NCBI RefSeq assembly: GCF_000011325.1
Contig: NC_003450.3
Span: forward strand, 2,130,001-2,162,000
Source: Corynebacterium glutamicum ATCC 13032
Lineage (GTDB): Bacteria > Actinomycetota > Actinomycetes > Mycobacteriales > Mycobacteriaceae
DNA: 32,000 nucleotides
Direction: 5' to 3'
Positions 10,068 through 18,225 of this stretch are shown here, in pieces. How positions within the stretch are numbered: position 1 is the stretch's first letter; each line of letters begins with the position of its first letter. Under the pieces are notes generated by a model. It made no database searches. It saw only the letters and a program-made list of their open reading frames with translations, and was not told where the DNA came from. A program made the position numbers and the translations under genes.

Positions 10068-10886
10068 TTACTCAGCTGCAGGTGCCTCTTCAGCCTCAGC
10101 TGCAGGTGCCTCTTCAGCCTCAGCTGCTGCTGGTGCTTCCTCTGCCTCAGGCTTTGCGTCGCCTGCTGCATCCTTAGCAGCTGCCAGCTGACGCTCCTCG
10201 CGTGCCTTCTTACCCTCTTCCACAGCGGTGGAGATAACGCGGGAAAGCAGTGCGGTGGAGCGGATTGCGTCGTCGTTACCAGGAACTGGGAAGTCAACAA
10301 CGTCTGGGTCACAGTTGGTGTCCAGGATGGCAACAACTGGGATGTTCAGCTTGTGAGCCTCAGCGACAGCGATGTGCTCCTTGTTGGTGTCAATGATCCA
10401 CAGTGCGGAAGGCACGCGGGTCATCTCTGCGATACCACCGAGGACGCGCTCCAGCTTGGTGCGCTCACGGGTCAGCATGAGAACTTCGCGCTTGGTGCGA
10501 CCCTCGTAGCCGTTTTCTGCAGCATCCATTGCCTGCAGTTCCTTCATGCGGTTCAGACGCTTGGAAACGGTCTGGAAGTTGGTCAGCATGCCGCCGAGCC
10601 AACGGTGGTTCACGTAAGGCATACCAACGCGGTCTGCCTCAACCTGAACAGCTTCCTGAGCCTGCTTCTTGGTACCAACGAAAAGAACGGTGCCACCGTG
10701 AGCAACGGTTTCCTTGACGAACTCGAAAGCCTGATCGATGTAGGTCAGGGTCTGCTGAAGGTCAATGATGTAGATGCCGTTACGCTCGGTGAAGATGAAA
10801 CGACGCATCTTTGGGTTCCAGCGGCGGGTCTGGTGGCCAAAGTGCACACCAGCATCGAGAAGCTCTCGCATGGTTACGACTGCCAT
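10068..10886 (-). CDS. rpsB: 30S ribosomal protein S2, with an Ala/Glu/Pro-rich repetitive C-terminal extension
   Basis: 272 aa. The sequence [27 protein letters not shown] is canonical S2. The C-terminus is (AEAEEAPA)n. Confidence 0.97.
   Translation of the reverse strand: MAVVTMRELLDAGVHFGHQTRRWNPKMRRFIFTERNGIYIIDLQQTLTYIDQAFEFVKETVAHGGTVLFVGTKKQAQEAVQVEADRVGMPYVNHRWLGGMLTNFQTVSKRLNRMKELQAMDAAENGYEGRTKREVLMLTRERTKLERVLGGIAEMTRVPSALWIIDTNKEHIAVAEAHKLNIPVVAILDTNCDPDVVDFPVPGNDDAIRSTALLSRVISTAVEEGKKAREERQLAAAKDAAGDAKPEAEEAPAAAEAEEAPAAEAEEAPAAE
10071..10145. repeat. 24-bp tandem repeat inside the rpsB 3' end (two perfect units and one diverged unit)
   Basis: ctcagctgcaggtgcctcttcagc occurs at 10071-10094 and 10095-10118. 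A diverged unit with a 3-nt insertion follows at 10119-10145. Confidence 0.9.
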
Positions 10887-11256
10887 GTTAAGCCCCTTTC
10901 TAAGTCTTAGGGTTTCGGTTTTGAAAATTTGTGCAGGTTTTTATCCTGCACCCTAGCGGTGGTTTCCCAGGTCAACACCCTAAAACTCGAATGAGCTGTT
11001 TGGGACCTCGTTGCTCCGGAGTTGAATGTGCATTCAACGCCACCGCGCGTAGTCAGTAGTTAAAATTACCCCTCACCATGCTTTCAGGCATGATGAAACA
11101 CAATTCGGACACACTGCTGCCGACAAGTTTACATACTTTGACCTGCAATCCCAAACCCTCCCGCAGGTGCTGTGGATTGTTTCAGGACATGTCTTTTACT
11201 ACTACCCCAATTGCCCCACTTTCCACAGGGGTCAGATTGTTTGATGGACGGAGCGC

Positions 11257-11763
11257 TTGAGTCCAGCAATGCTGAATTTCATGCCCTTTCGACTGATGTG
11301 GATTCTGGCCCTTACGTTCACCCTCACCCTGCTCACATCCCCAGCGTTGGCCCACCCTTACGTAAATCCTGCGACAGGCAGTGACCGTGCAGGCCCTATT
11401 CTTCGGGGCTTTGATAAGCCCGAGAAGAATTGGCTTCCAGGTCACCGCGGCGTGGATCTACCCCTAAACATTGGAGAAACAGTGTTGGCCAGTGGCTCGG
11501 GCACTGTCGCTTTTGCCGGCATCGTTGTTGGAACTCCGACCATTTCCATTGATCACGCCGATGGCGTTCGAACCACATACCAACCAGTTCACGCCCACGT
11601 GTCAGTTGGCGAACACGTGGAAGAAGGCGATGCCATAGGCATCCTTGGCCATCCAACCACTAAATTCCCTGGACTTCAGTGGGGCGCAAAAATAGGTGAA
11701 GAATATATCAATCCCCTATCGCTACTTCCCCGGCCAACCATTCGCCTTAAACCTCTTAACTAG
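11257..11763 (+). CDS. secreted M23-family metallopeptidase (LytM/peptidoglycan endopeptidase-like)
   Basis: Has a signal peptide (LMWILALTFTLTLLTSPALA-HP) and the M23 motifs HRGVD and SIDHADGVRTTYQPV. The start is uncertain: TTG 11257, ATG 11269 or ATG 11281. Confidence 0.85.
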   Translation: MSPAMLNFMPFRLMWILALTFTLTLLTSPALAHPYVNPATGSDRAGPILRGFDKPEKNWLPGHRGVDLPLNIGETVLASGSGTVAFAGIVVGTPTISIDHADGVRTTYQPVHAHVSVGEHVEEGDAIGILGHPTTKFPGLQWGAKIGEEYINPLSLLPRPTIRLKPLN

Positions 11764-12707
11764 GCACGTGGATGCGCTTTATTAAACGCTTCAAGCAGTC
11801 TCTTATTACTGACGTGGGTATAGATCTGCGTCGTTTGCATTGACGAGTGCCCTAATAGTTCTTGAACCTGGCGAAGGTCCGCCCCACCGTCCAGCAAGTG
11901 AGTTGCCGCAGTATGCCGCAGCGAGTGTGGTGACAAATGGTCAACGCCAGTGACTTTTGCCGCTCGATCAACAATCCTTCGAACTTGGCGCGCATTAATT
12001 CGCTGACCCCGCACCCCAACAAAGAGCGCTTTGGGATCTTCCGTCATCTCATCGCGCACATCTAGCCAATTTCTTAACGCCTTGTGTGCCGATTCCCCGA
12101 ATGGGACAACGCGCTCTTTATTTCCTTTACCCAGCACTCGTACCATTTTGCGGTCGTAGTCAATGTCTGAAAGATCGATTCCACAGAGTTCAGCAACACG
12201 CATTCCCGTGGCATAAAGAAGCTCCAGAATCGCGGAATCACGCAGGAACTCTTCTTCATTTGTGGAAGCTGCGTTTTCCACAAAGTCTCCTGCCTGCTGT
12301 TCCCCGAGAATCTTAGGTAGATCCCTCGTGATCTTCGGTGAAATGAGTCGGGCTGCTTCATCAGCTTTGAGGTGGCCGTTTTTCTGAGCCCATGAAGAAA
12401 ACGCCTTGACAGATGCAGTTCTTCTGGCGAGTGTTGCCCTGGACTTTCCCTCATCTACCGCTATACCAAGCCATTGGCGCAGAGTCGGCAGGGAGAAATT
12501 GTCGATATCTTCGATTGTGTCAGCCATGGCATAAAGGTCTGATCGATATCCGCGAATTGTTGCGGCTGAACGACCCACCACAAGGTCTAGATGCTCACAG
12601 AAATCGTCGATAAGCGTATGCAGCTTGGACGGCGCGTCGGCGCCGGAAATACCAGAAGGTGGCGCGTTCCGCCCGGAACGCGCCACCTTCTTTTTTGACT
12701 CACCCAT
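11760..12707 (-). CDS. xerC: tyrosine site-specific recombinase XerC
   Basis: Carries the catalytic residues in context: ATGMRVAEL, HSLRHTAATHLL, LLGHSSMQTTQIYTHV. I prefer ATG 12707 (315 aa) over the track start at 12770. Its stop overlaps the M23 gene stop by 4 nt at a CTAG. Confidence 0.9.
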   Translation of the reverse strand: MGESKKKVARSGRNAPPSGISGADAPSKLHTLIDDFCEHLDLVVGRSAATIRGYRSDLYAMADTIEDIDNFSLPTLRQWLGIAVDEGKSRATLARRTASVKAFSSWAQKNGHLKADEAARLISPKITRDLPKILGEQQAGDFVENAASTNEEEFLRDSAILELLYATGMRVAELCGIDLSDIDYDRKMVRVLGKGNKERVVPFGESAHKALRNWLDVRDEMTEDPKALFVGVRGQRINARQVRRIVDRAAKVTGVDHLSPHSLRHTAATHLLDGGADLRQVQELLGHSSMQTTQIYTHVSNKRLLEAFNKAHPRA

Positions 12708-12881
12708 AGTGCTAACCCTAGCGCGATGTCCCCCCACAGTTGTGGAGCCACATTGCGGAACCGTCTTCAAGGAACCAGCCCGAACCTTGAAGAAGTTTAC
12801 TTAGGCTTGCCTCACACACACTATCTTTCGGTTGATGCGGATGCAACCTTTTTGTGAAGTTTTTTATATAACCCCCAGGTT

Positions 12882-14066
12882 TTATGGCATTTCCGCATTT
12901 CTCGACCAAGCAGTTCCGTCGCGTTTCACGATTCCGCGCTTGTTCAATGCAATGAGAAGGAAAATTGTTAACTGCAAGGTCAACCCGGCTTCGGTAGCGA
13001 TACTCGCCGCTTCCCTCCCCTCTCCTCGGTCGTCTAACGCATCAAAAACTCGCAGCTCATTTCTGGTTAAACCCTGTACTGGAGTGGCCGCGAAGTTTAA
13101 TTCATACTGAGTTTGGCTATCCATTGCACCCACTGCACCCAGAAGTGACCGAACGTCATCCGCACTGGTGACCATTTGTGCGCTGCCGTTTCGAATCCTT
13201 TCGTGGCACCCAAGTGATCCAGCAGTATTTACCGGCCCAGGGACCGCCATAGCAATCCTGCCTAAACCAGCACACCAGCTCAAAGTGTTTAGCGCGCCTG
13301 ACCTCCAGGCTGCCTCCACCACGACAGTTCCTTGAGATAGAGCAGCAACGAGACGATTGCGAGTGAGAAAGCGGTGGCGTTGAGGTGGAGTTCCCGGTGG
13401 ATATTCACTCACCAACGCCCCCTTTCCGGATTTGGCAATCTGGTTGAACAGATCTCGATTGTGGCTGGGGTACGAGCGATCCAATCCGCATGCTGCGATC
13501 GCGATGGTGGAGCCTTGTGCACGTACGGCTTCACTATGGGCGACGCTATCAACTCCCAAGGCACCACCTGAGATGATTGTCCACTGATGAGACACAAGGT
13601 TTTGGGTGAATTCCCGAGTTACTTCCGTGCCATATTGGCTTATTGCCCTGGTGCCCACGAGTGTGACGGACTGTGCACTGAGTGTTCTGAGATTTCCTCC
13701 CCTAATCCACAACGCATGCGGTGGCAGCGCATCATCTTGATAGGTACGCACATGATCACTCATGCCAGAAGCGGCAAATCCAAAAGCATGGTCTAATTCT
13801 TCCATCGGCCATTCGTCGTCTTCAGGTGTGATGAGCCGCCCACCGAGTTTGGCGATAGTTTCCAGATCAGTTTGCGCGGTATCAATCGAGTACCGGGAAT
13901 CGGTGTTTTTCAGCAGACCTTCGCCAATCCACTCTTCGCGGTGTTTAATACCAAATGCGATCCGCTCTACATCATGACCTTCTTTCAGGAGCTTTTGCAG
14001 GTGTGCATTGGGACCCTCCACCACTTTTGAGAGATACGCCCATGCCAGCAAGCGGGAGTCAATCAT
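12882..14066 (-). CDS. dprA: DNA processing protein DprA (Smf)
   Basis: 394 aa with the Rossmann-like DprA core LVGTRAISQYG...IISGGALGVDSVAH...GTIAIAACGLD and a C-terminal winged-helix-like tail. It overlaps the comM stop by 4 nt. Confidence 0.92.
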   Translation of the reverse strand: MIDSRLLAWAYLSKVVEGPNAHLQKLLKEGHDVERIAFGIKHREEWIGEGLLKNTDSRYSIDTAQTDLETIAKLGGRLITPEDDEWPMEELDHAFGFAASGMSDHVRTYQDDALPPHALWIRGGNLRTLSAQSVTLVGTRAISQYGTEVTREFTQNLVSHQWTIISGGALGVDSVAHSEAVRAQGSTIAIAACGLDRSYPSHNRDLFNQIAKSGKGALVSEYPPGTPPQRHRFLTRNRLVAALSQGTVVVEAAWRSGALNTLSWCAGLGRIAMAVPGPVNTAGSLGCHERIRNGSAQMVTSADDVRSLLGAVGAMDSQTQYELNFAATPVQGLTRNELRVFDALDDRGEGREAASIATEAGLTLQLTIFLLIALNKRGIVKRDGTAWSRNAEMP

Positions 14067-15586
14067 GCTGCTACCTCACTGTATGTAGTGCCCCGAAGCT
14101 CCATGGCTCGCGCAATATGGTCAAGATTGGGCTGCTGTTCCCCATCCAAATCGCACAAGGTCCAACCCAGTTTTATGGCCCGATCGCAGCCACGTTGGGA
14201 GATTGTTCCTTCCGCCAGGAACGCGCCGAGGTACACCATGGCGTCTTCTGTTGCGGCAAAATTCCTCCGCAAGAAGTGTGGATCTACGTGTGCATTAACA
14301 AGATTTCCCAGTCCAGAACGGCGCCATCGGAAAGCTGCCCTCTCACGAGCTTGTGCCACCCGATCAGCAATGGGAGCAGATGCCTCAACGTCATCACTAC
14401 GCAGCACTGCACCTTTAGAGTGGGTGGCAACAACCATGTCCAAGCGATCCCTCAACGGACCCGAAAGATTATTAAGGTACGTCGCGCGAGCTGAGCCAGA
14501 ACAGACACATTCTTGAGGCTGTTCTGCACCGCATCTACACGGATTGGCCGCGAGGATGAGCTGGAACTGTGCGGGGAAGGTGACATCATGGCGGGATCTG
14601 ATGATGCGGATCGAGCCGTATTCCAATGGAGTCCTCAAAGAATCAAGGATTGACGCTGGAATCTCACTAACCTCATCCAGGAACAACACACCATGATGCG
14701 CCAGGCTGATAGCACCCGGAAGAGGAGATCCCGAGCCACCTCCGAGCAGAGCAGCCTTGCTGACATTGTGGTGTGGGGAAATAAACGGAGCCCTCGACAC
14801 CGGCCCTGAAAAGGTTCGCCCCACAACGGAATGCACTGCCGTCGCCTCGATCATTTGTTGGGGCGACAGTTCGGGAAGCAAGCTGGGAATCCGCTCGGCG
14901 ATCATGGATTTTCCAGAACCGGGAGGGCCAATCATCAGCATGTGGTGACCACCGGCAGCAGCTACTTCTGCAGCAAACCTAGCTTCTGGTTGTCCCACCA
15001 CATCACGCATATCAGGCAGTTTGAGGCTATTTTCATCATTGAATAGTCCAGGCTGAGGCAACGCCTCTTCCCCATCAAGCCATCGCAAGACCTGGTCGAT
15101 GGAATGTGCCAAAAAGACTGAAGGATCCTCAACCAGTCCTGCTTCTTGGGCATTTCCCTCCGGGATCACAATCTTGCCAATACCTTCCTCCTTCGCGGCC
15201 AACAGCGCTGGAAGAACTCCAGTAACAGGGAGCAAGGTTCCATCAAGCGCCACCTCACCCAGAAATAACGTGTTCTGCGCATGAAACTTCGCTTTGGGGT
15301 TAGAGCCATGGGCAACGAGAACTGCAACGGTCATCGCGAGATCACACTGCGAACCTTGTTTACGCATGGAAGCCGGCGAGAGGTTAATGATCACTTTGGT
15401 CTTTGGCCACATCAAGCCACTGTTTTGCACCGCAGTTTTAATACGATCCCGAGATTCTGAAATGGCAGTATCTGCTAATCCAACAATGTAGGTACCAGGC
15501 AATCCTGGGCCAACATTAGCCTCCACACGAACGATTTTTGCCTGCACACCTAATTGCGCAGTGGATATAGTTCTACCGAGCGCCAT
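14063..15586 (-). CDS. comM: Mg-chelatase-like AAA+ ATPase, YifB/ComM family
   Basis: Has an N-terminal Lon-protease-like domain (VEANVGPGLPGTYIVGLAD), Walker A GPPGSGKS and Walker B VLFLDE. I prefer ATG 15586 (or 15595) as the start. The track's longer N-terminus overlaps yraN and looks non-coding. Confidence 0.92.
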   Translation of the reverse strand: MALGRTISTAQLGVQAKIVRVEANVGPGLPGTYIVGLADTAISESRDRIKTAVQNSGLMWPKTKVIINLSPASMRKQGSQCDLAMTVAVLVAHGSNPKAKFHAQNTLFLGEVALDGTLLPVTGVLPALLAAKEEGIGKIVIPEGNAQEAGLVEDPSVFLAHSIDQVLRWLDGEEALPQPGLFNDENSLKLPDMRDVVGQPEARFAAEVAAAGGHHMLMIGPPGSGKSMIAERIPSLLPELSPQQMIEATAVHSVVGRTFSGPVSRAPFISPHHNVSKAALLGGGSGSPLPGAISLAHHGVLFLDEVSEIPASILDSLRTPLEYGSIRIIRSRHDVTFPAQFQLILAANPCRCGAEQPQECVCSGSARATYLNNLSGPLRDRLDMVVATHSKGAVLRSDDVEASAPIADRVAQARERAAFRWRRSGLGNLVNAHVDPHFLRRNFAATEDAMVYLGAFLAEGTISQRGCDRAIKLGWTLCDLDGEQQPNLDHIARAMELRGTTYSEVAA

Positions 15587-15941
15587 GTTCCACATCCTCA
15601 TAAACAGTGATCTCTGGGCGCCCCGTGTGCGGATCCAAAACGATTGCCACCACATCAAAACGAATCGGAGTATAAGGTTTACCCTCCAGCCACAGTGCAG
15701 CTGCACGCCTCATCCGCAACATTTTCTGATTGTTCACAGCCGCTGCTGAATCAAAAGCCGACCCCCGCCGAGTCTTCACTTCTACAAAAACAACAACTCC
15801 GCTTGCCGAGCGAACAATGAGGTCAAGTTCGCCACATGAATAGCGAACATTTCGATCTAGCAGCGTTGCTTGATCATCTAAATATTGTTGTAGCGCAACA
15901 TCTTCCCCGAACGCGCCCAGATATTGTTTTTGTGTTTTCAT
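15573..15941 (-). CDS. yraN: YraN-family (UPF0102) endonuclease-like protein
   Basis: 122 aa with GELDLIV...VVFVEVKTR, the PD-(D/E)xK-type motif typical of UPF0102. Confidence 0.88.
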   Translation of the reverse strand: MKTQKQYLGAFGEDVALQQYLDDQATLLDRNVRYSCGELDLIVRSASGVVVFVEVKTRRGSAFDSAAAVNNQKMLRMRRAAALWLEGKPYTPIRFDVVAIVLDPHTGRPEITVYEDVEHGAR

Positions 15942-16032
15942 CTGTCCCCCACGATTGTTTAAAAGTCTGATTAAGCTGTGCTTTCAGATTCAACGTGGTT
16001 TTATCGCGGGCTTCAAACATCTCCAGTCCTCA

Positions 16033-16071
16033 CCTGTGGATAACCAGTCCCCATCCAGGGTTGTCCACAGG
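16033..16071. promoter_or_regulatory. 13-bp inverted repeat carrying two consensus DnaA-box 9-mers
   Basis: The sequence is cctgTGTGGATAAcc-(13 nt)-ggTTGTCCACAgg. TTATCCACA sits on the minus strand at 16035-16043 and TTGTCCACA on the plus strand at 16061-16069. Confidence 0.45.
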
Positions 16072-16092
16072 CTGAGCCCACTAAGGGTTGAC

Positions 16093-16128
16093 AAAAGACG
16101 CATTCGATCAATCTCGAATACGTCTTTT
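16093..16128 (-). terminator. rho-independent terminator (bidirectional geometry) after the lepB-rnhB-DUF2469 unit
   Basis: aaaagacgcattcga-tcaatc-tcgaatacgtctttt forms a stem of about 14 bp with one mismatch, flanked by A and T runs. Confidence 0.75.
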
Positions 16129-16260
16129 CAATAAGCAATCCCGCCCAATCAAAGCAAGATCAAAGCAAGATTGAGACGGGATTAATGTGGGATTCCCTAG
16201 TGCATAAGCTCGAGCCAAACAATTGAATATCCCATTGTCCAGCGATTTTAAACCTAAGAA

Positions 16261-16566
16261 CTACTCAGGCATGATGATGTCAGGCTTATCTAATTCTTCG
16301 ATGTTGACGTCCTTGTAGGTGATCACTCGGACGTAGCGAACGAAGCGTGCTGAGCGGTACATGTCCCATACCCAGGCGTCAGACATGCGGACTTCGTAGT
16401 AGACATCGTTTCCGCTGTTGTGTGGAATAAGCTGCACTGCATTTGCTAAGTAGAAGCGACGTTCAGTTTCTACAACATAGGAAAACTGGCTGACTACGTC
16501 GCGGTATTCGCGGTAAAGAGAGAGTTCAACCTCTGCTTCGTAGTTGTCGAGTTCTTCAGCGCTCAT
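16261..16566 (-). CDS. conserved actinobacterial DUF2469 protein
   Basis: 101-aa acidic protein (MSAEELDNYEAEVELSLYREYRDVV...). Its ATG overlaps the rnhB stop (ATGA). The family name is from memory. Confidence 0.82.
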   Translation of the reverse strand: MSAEELDNYEAEVELSLYREYRDVVSQFSYVVETERRFYLANAVQLIPHNSGNDVYYEVRMSDAWVWDMYRSARFVRYVRVITYKDVNIEELDKPDIIMPE

Positions 16567-17231
16567 GCTCCACCTTCCGTCGTGTCATTATCTGCAGCGT
16601 GTAGCCATTCTTGGTGTGCCTTGGCCACATTTGCATAACTATATCTGTGCTCGGGACTTGCGCCGTGGTGGCGCACCGCATCCATGTGGATCTTCGTACT
16701 GTAGCCTTTGTGAATTTCGAGACCGTAGTGCGGGTAGTCGTTGGCCATGTCGGTCATGATGTCGTCGCGGGTTTGTTTGGCTAATACACTTGCGGCGGCG
16801 ATGCATCGGGCGGAGGCGTCTCCGCCGATGATGGGTAGGTATGGGACTGTGAAGCCGGGGACTTTCATGGCGTCGGTAAGTACGTAGCCGGGTTGGGTGC
16901 CTAGGGCGGCTACGGCTCGTCGCATGCCGGAGATGTTTGCGTGTTGGATGCCAAATCGGTCGATGTCTTGGGCGGAGATCACGATGACTGACCAAGCGAG
17001 TGCGTGTTTTTTGATCAGTGGCATGAGTTTTTCGCGGGTGCTGGCACTGAGCTTTTTGGAGTCTGTCAGTGCGGCTAGCTCCTGGATGGGTTTGTCCGGG
17101 AGTATGCATGCGGCAATTGAAATGGGTCCGCAGCAGGCACCGCGTCCAGCTTCGTCTACTCCTGCAACGGGCCCTAGCCCGTTGCGTGACAAGGTGACCT
17201 CAAAGGTCCGTAGATGCTTTAAGCGTCGCAT
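16563..17231 (-). CDS. rnhB: ribonuclease HII
   Basis: 222 aa with GVDEAGRGACCGPISIAA (the catalytic DEAGRG motif) and LTDSKKL. Confidence 0.93.
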   Translation of the reverse strand: MRRLKHLRTFEVTLSRNGLGPVAGVDEAGRGACCGPISIAACILPDKPIQELAALTDSKKLSASTREKLMPLIKKHALAWSVIVISAQDIDRFGIQHANISGMRRAVAALGTQPGYVLTDAMKVPGFTVPYLPIIGGDASARCIAAASVLAKQTRDDIMTDMANDYPHYGLEIHKGYSTKIHMDAVRHHGASPEHRYSYANVAKAHQEWLHAADNDTTEGGA

Positions 17232-17257
17232 TGAGGGGGGCGTCGAAAAGCGAATTA

Positions 17258-18046
17258 CTAGCCTTTGATGGCAGGGTCGTCGACGCCACCGATTCGGCTA
17301 AATGGCAGGATAATTGCTTGAACTTTGCCCTTGATGTTTTCCTCAGGGATGGTTCCTTGGTACTGATCGCCCAGGTGGTAGCGGGAATCCATGGAGTTGG
17401 TGCGGTTGTCACCCATCATGAAGTAGTTGCCGCCAGGCACGGTGATGGGGCCGAAATAGTTGCCGCCGCATTCGGTGGAACCGGAGGTCTCATCGATGGG
17501 GAATTGCGCAGGTTGCAGCGTGTAGCTGTCATCGACTTCCTTGCCGTCAACCATGATTCCAGGATCACCGGCTTGGCACGAAACAGTCTGACCGCCGGTG
17601 GCGATAATGCGCTTGACCAGGTCATTTTCATCAGGTGCGACAAGACCCACGTAAGAACCCAGGTTCTGCAGGCCGCGGATCACCGAATTATCGGAACGCT
17701 GCGTAGTGAATCCAACGTTCCAGGAATCAGTACCCTTGAACACCACAACATCGCCCGGCTCTGGATCCGTGAAGTAGTAAGAAACCTTCTCCACCAGGAT
17801 GCGGTCACCCGTGCAGCCCTCACATCCGTGCAAAGTAGGTTCCATCGAACCACTCGGAATCATGTACATGCGTCCGACAAACGTCTGGAGCACGAAAATC
17901 AGCGCGAGGGTCAAAACCACAACCACTGGAATTTCGATGTACCACGGAGTTGGCTTCGATTCCTTCTTAGACTTTCCAGCACGTCGACCAGGACGACCGT
18001 CCTGCGTGGAATCGTCAGCATTTGAAGCACTAGAAAAATCAGTCAC
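17258..18046 (-). CDS. lepB: signal peptidase I
   Basis: 262 aa with an N-terminal TM anchor. It has the catalytic Ser box IPSGSMEPTL, the Lys box GDRILVEK and MMGDNRTNSMDSR. Confidence 0.93.
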   Translation of the reverse strand: MTDFSSASNADDSTQDGRPGRRAGKSKKESKPTPWYIEIPVVVVLTLALIFVLQTFVGRMYMIPSGSMEPTLHGCEGCTGDRILVEKVSYYFTDPEPGDVVVFKGTDSWNVGFTTQRSDNSVIRGLQNLGSYVGLVAPDENDLVKRIIATGGQTVSCQAGDPGIMVDGKEVDDSYTLQPAQFPIDETSGSTECGGNYFGPITVPGGNYFMMGDNRTNSMDSRYHLGDQYQGTIPEENIKGKVQAIILPFSRIGGVDDPAIKG

Positions 18047-18189
18047 GGGAGTTCACTCTAGCAGCATTACATTAAGGCTGACCTGAATCACACGTGTGCC
18101 GAAAAATACTTCTTCGCCCAAAGCTGCACCTCGGCGCCATGCGCCTTCCAAAAAGGCATTGCTTTTCGACGTCCCCCTACGCTTCGATT

Positions 18190-18225
18190 TTGCAAAATTA
18201 TTTAGGCAAGGCTACCTTTTGCCTA
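18190..18225 (+). promoter_or_regulatory. putative promoter of the binding-protein gene, probably giving a leaderless mRNA
   Basis: -35 TTGCAA (18190-18195), a 17-nt spacer and -10 TACCTT (18213-18218). The expected transcription start is about 7 nt later, at the A of ATG 18225. No Shine-Dalgarno sequence lies upstream of that ATG. Confidence 0.4.
18202..18220 (+). promoter_or_regulatory. DtxR (iron repressor) operator
   Basis: TTAGGCAAGGCTACCTTTT matches 12 of 19 positions of the corynebacterial DtxR consensus TTAGGTTAGCCTAACCTAA, including the TTAGG arm. It overlaps the putative -10 just upstream of an iron-siderophore binding-protein gene. Confidence 0.7.

Noticed and set aside
11078-11256. 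Possible c-di-AMP (ydaO-type) riboswitch upstream of the M23 peptidase gene, since cell-wall hydrolase genes often carry one in Actinobacteria.
   Set aside because: I could not find the conserved pseudo-symmetric cores I recall for this class (ACGGGG / CCCG..GGGGTGAATC / CAGCTAACC-type segments). Only short chance-level resemblances are present.
11760-11763. 4-nt overlap of the convergent M23 peptidase and xerC stop codons at a CTAG palindrome.
   Set aside because: The overlap is real in the sequence but trivial. It implies no shared regulation beyond possible transcriptional interference, and no terminator is discernible between the genes.
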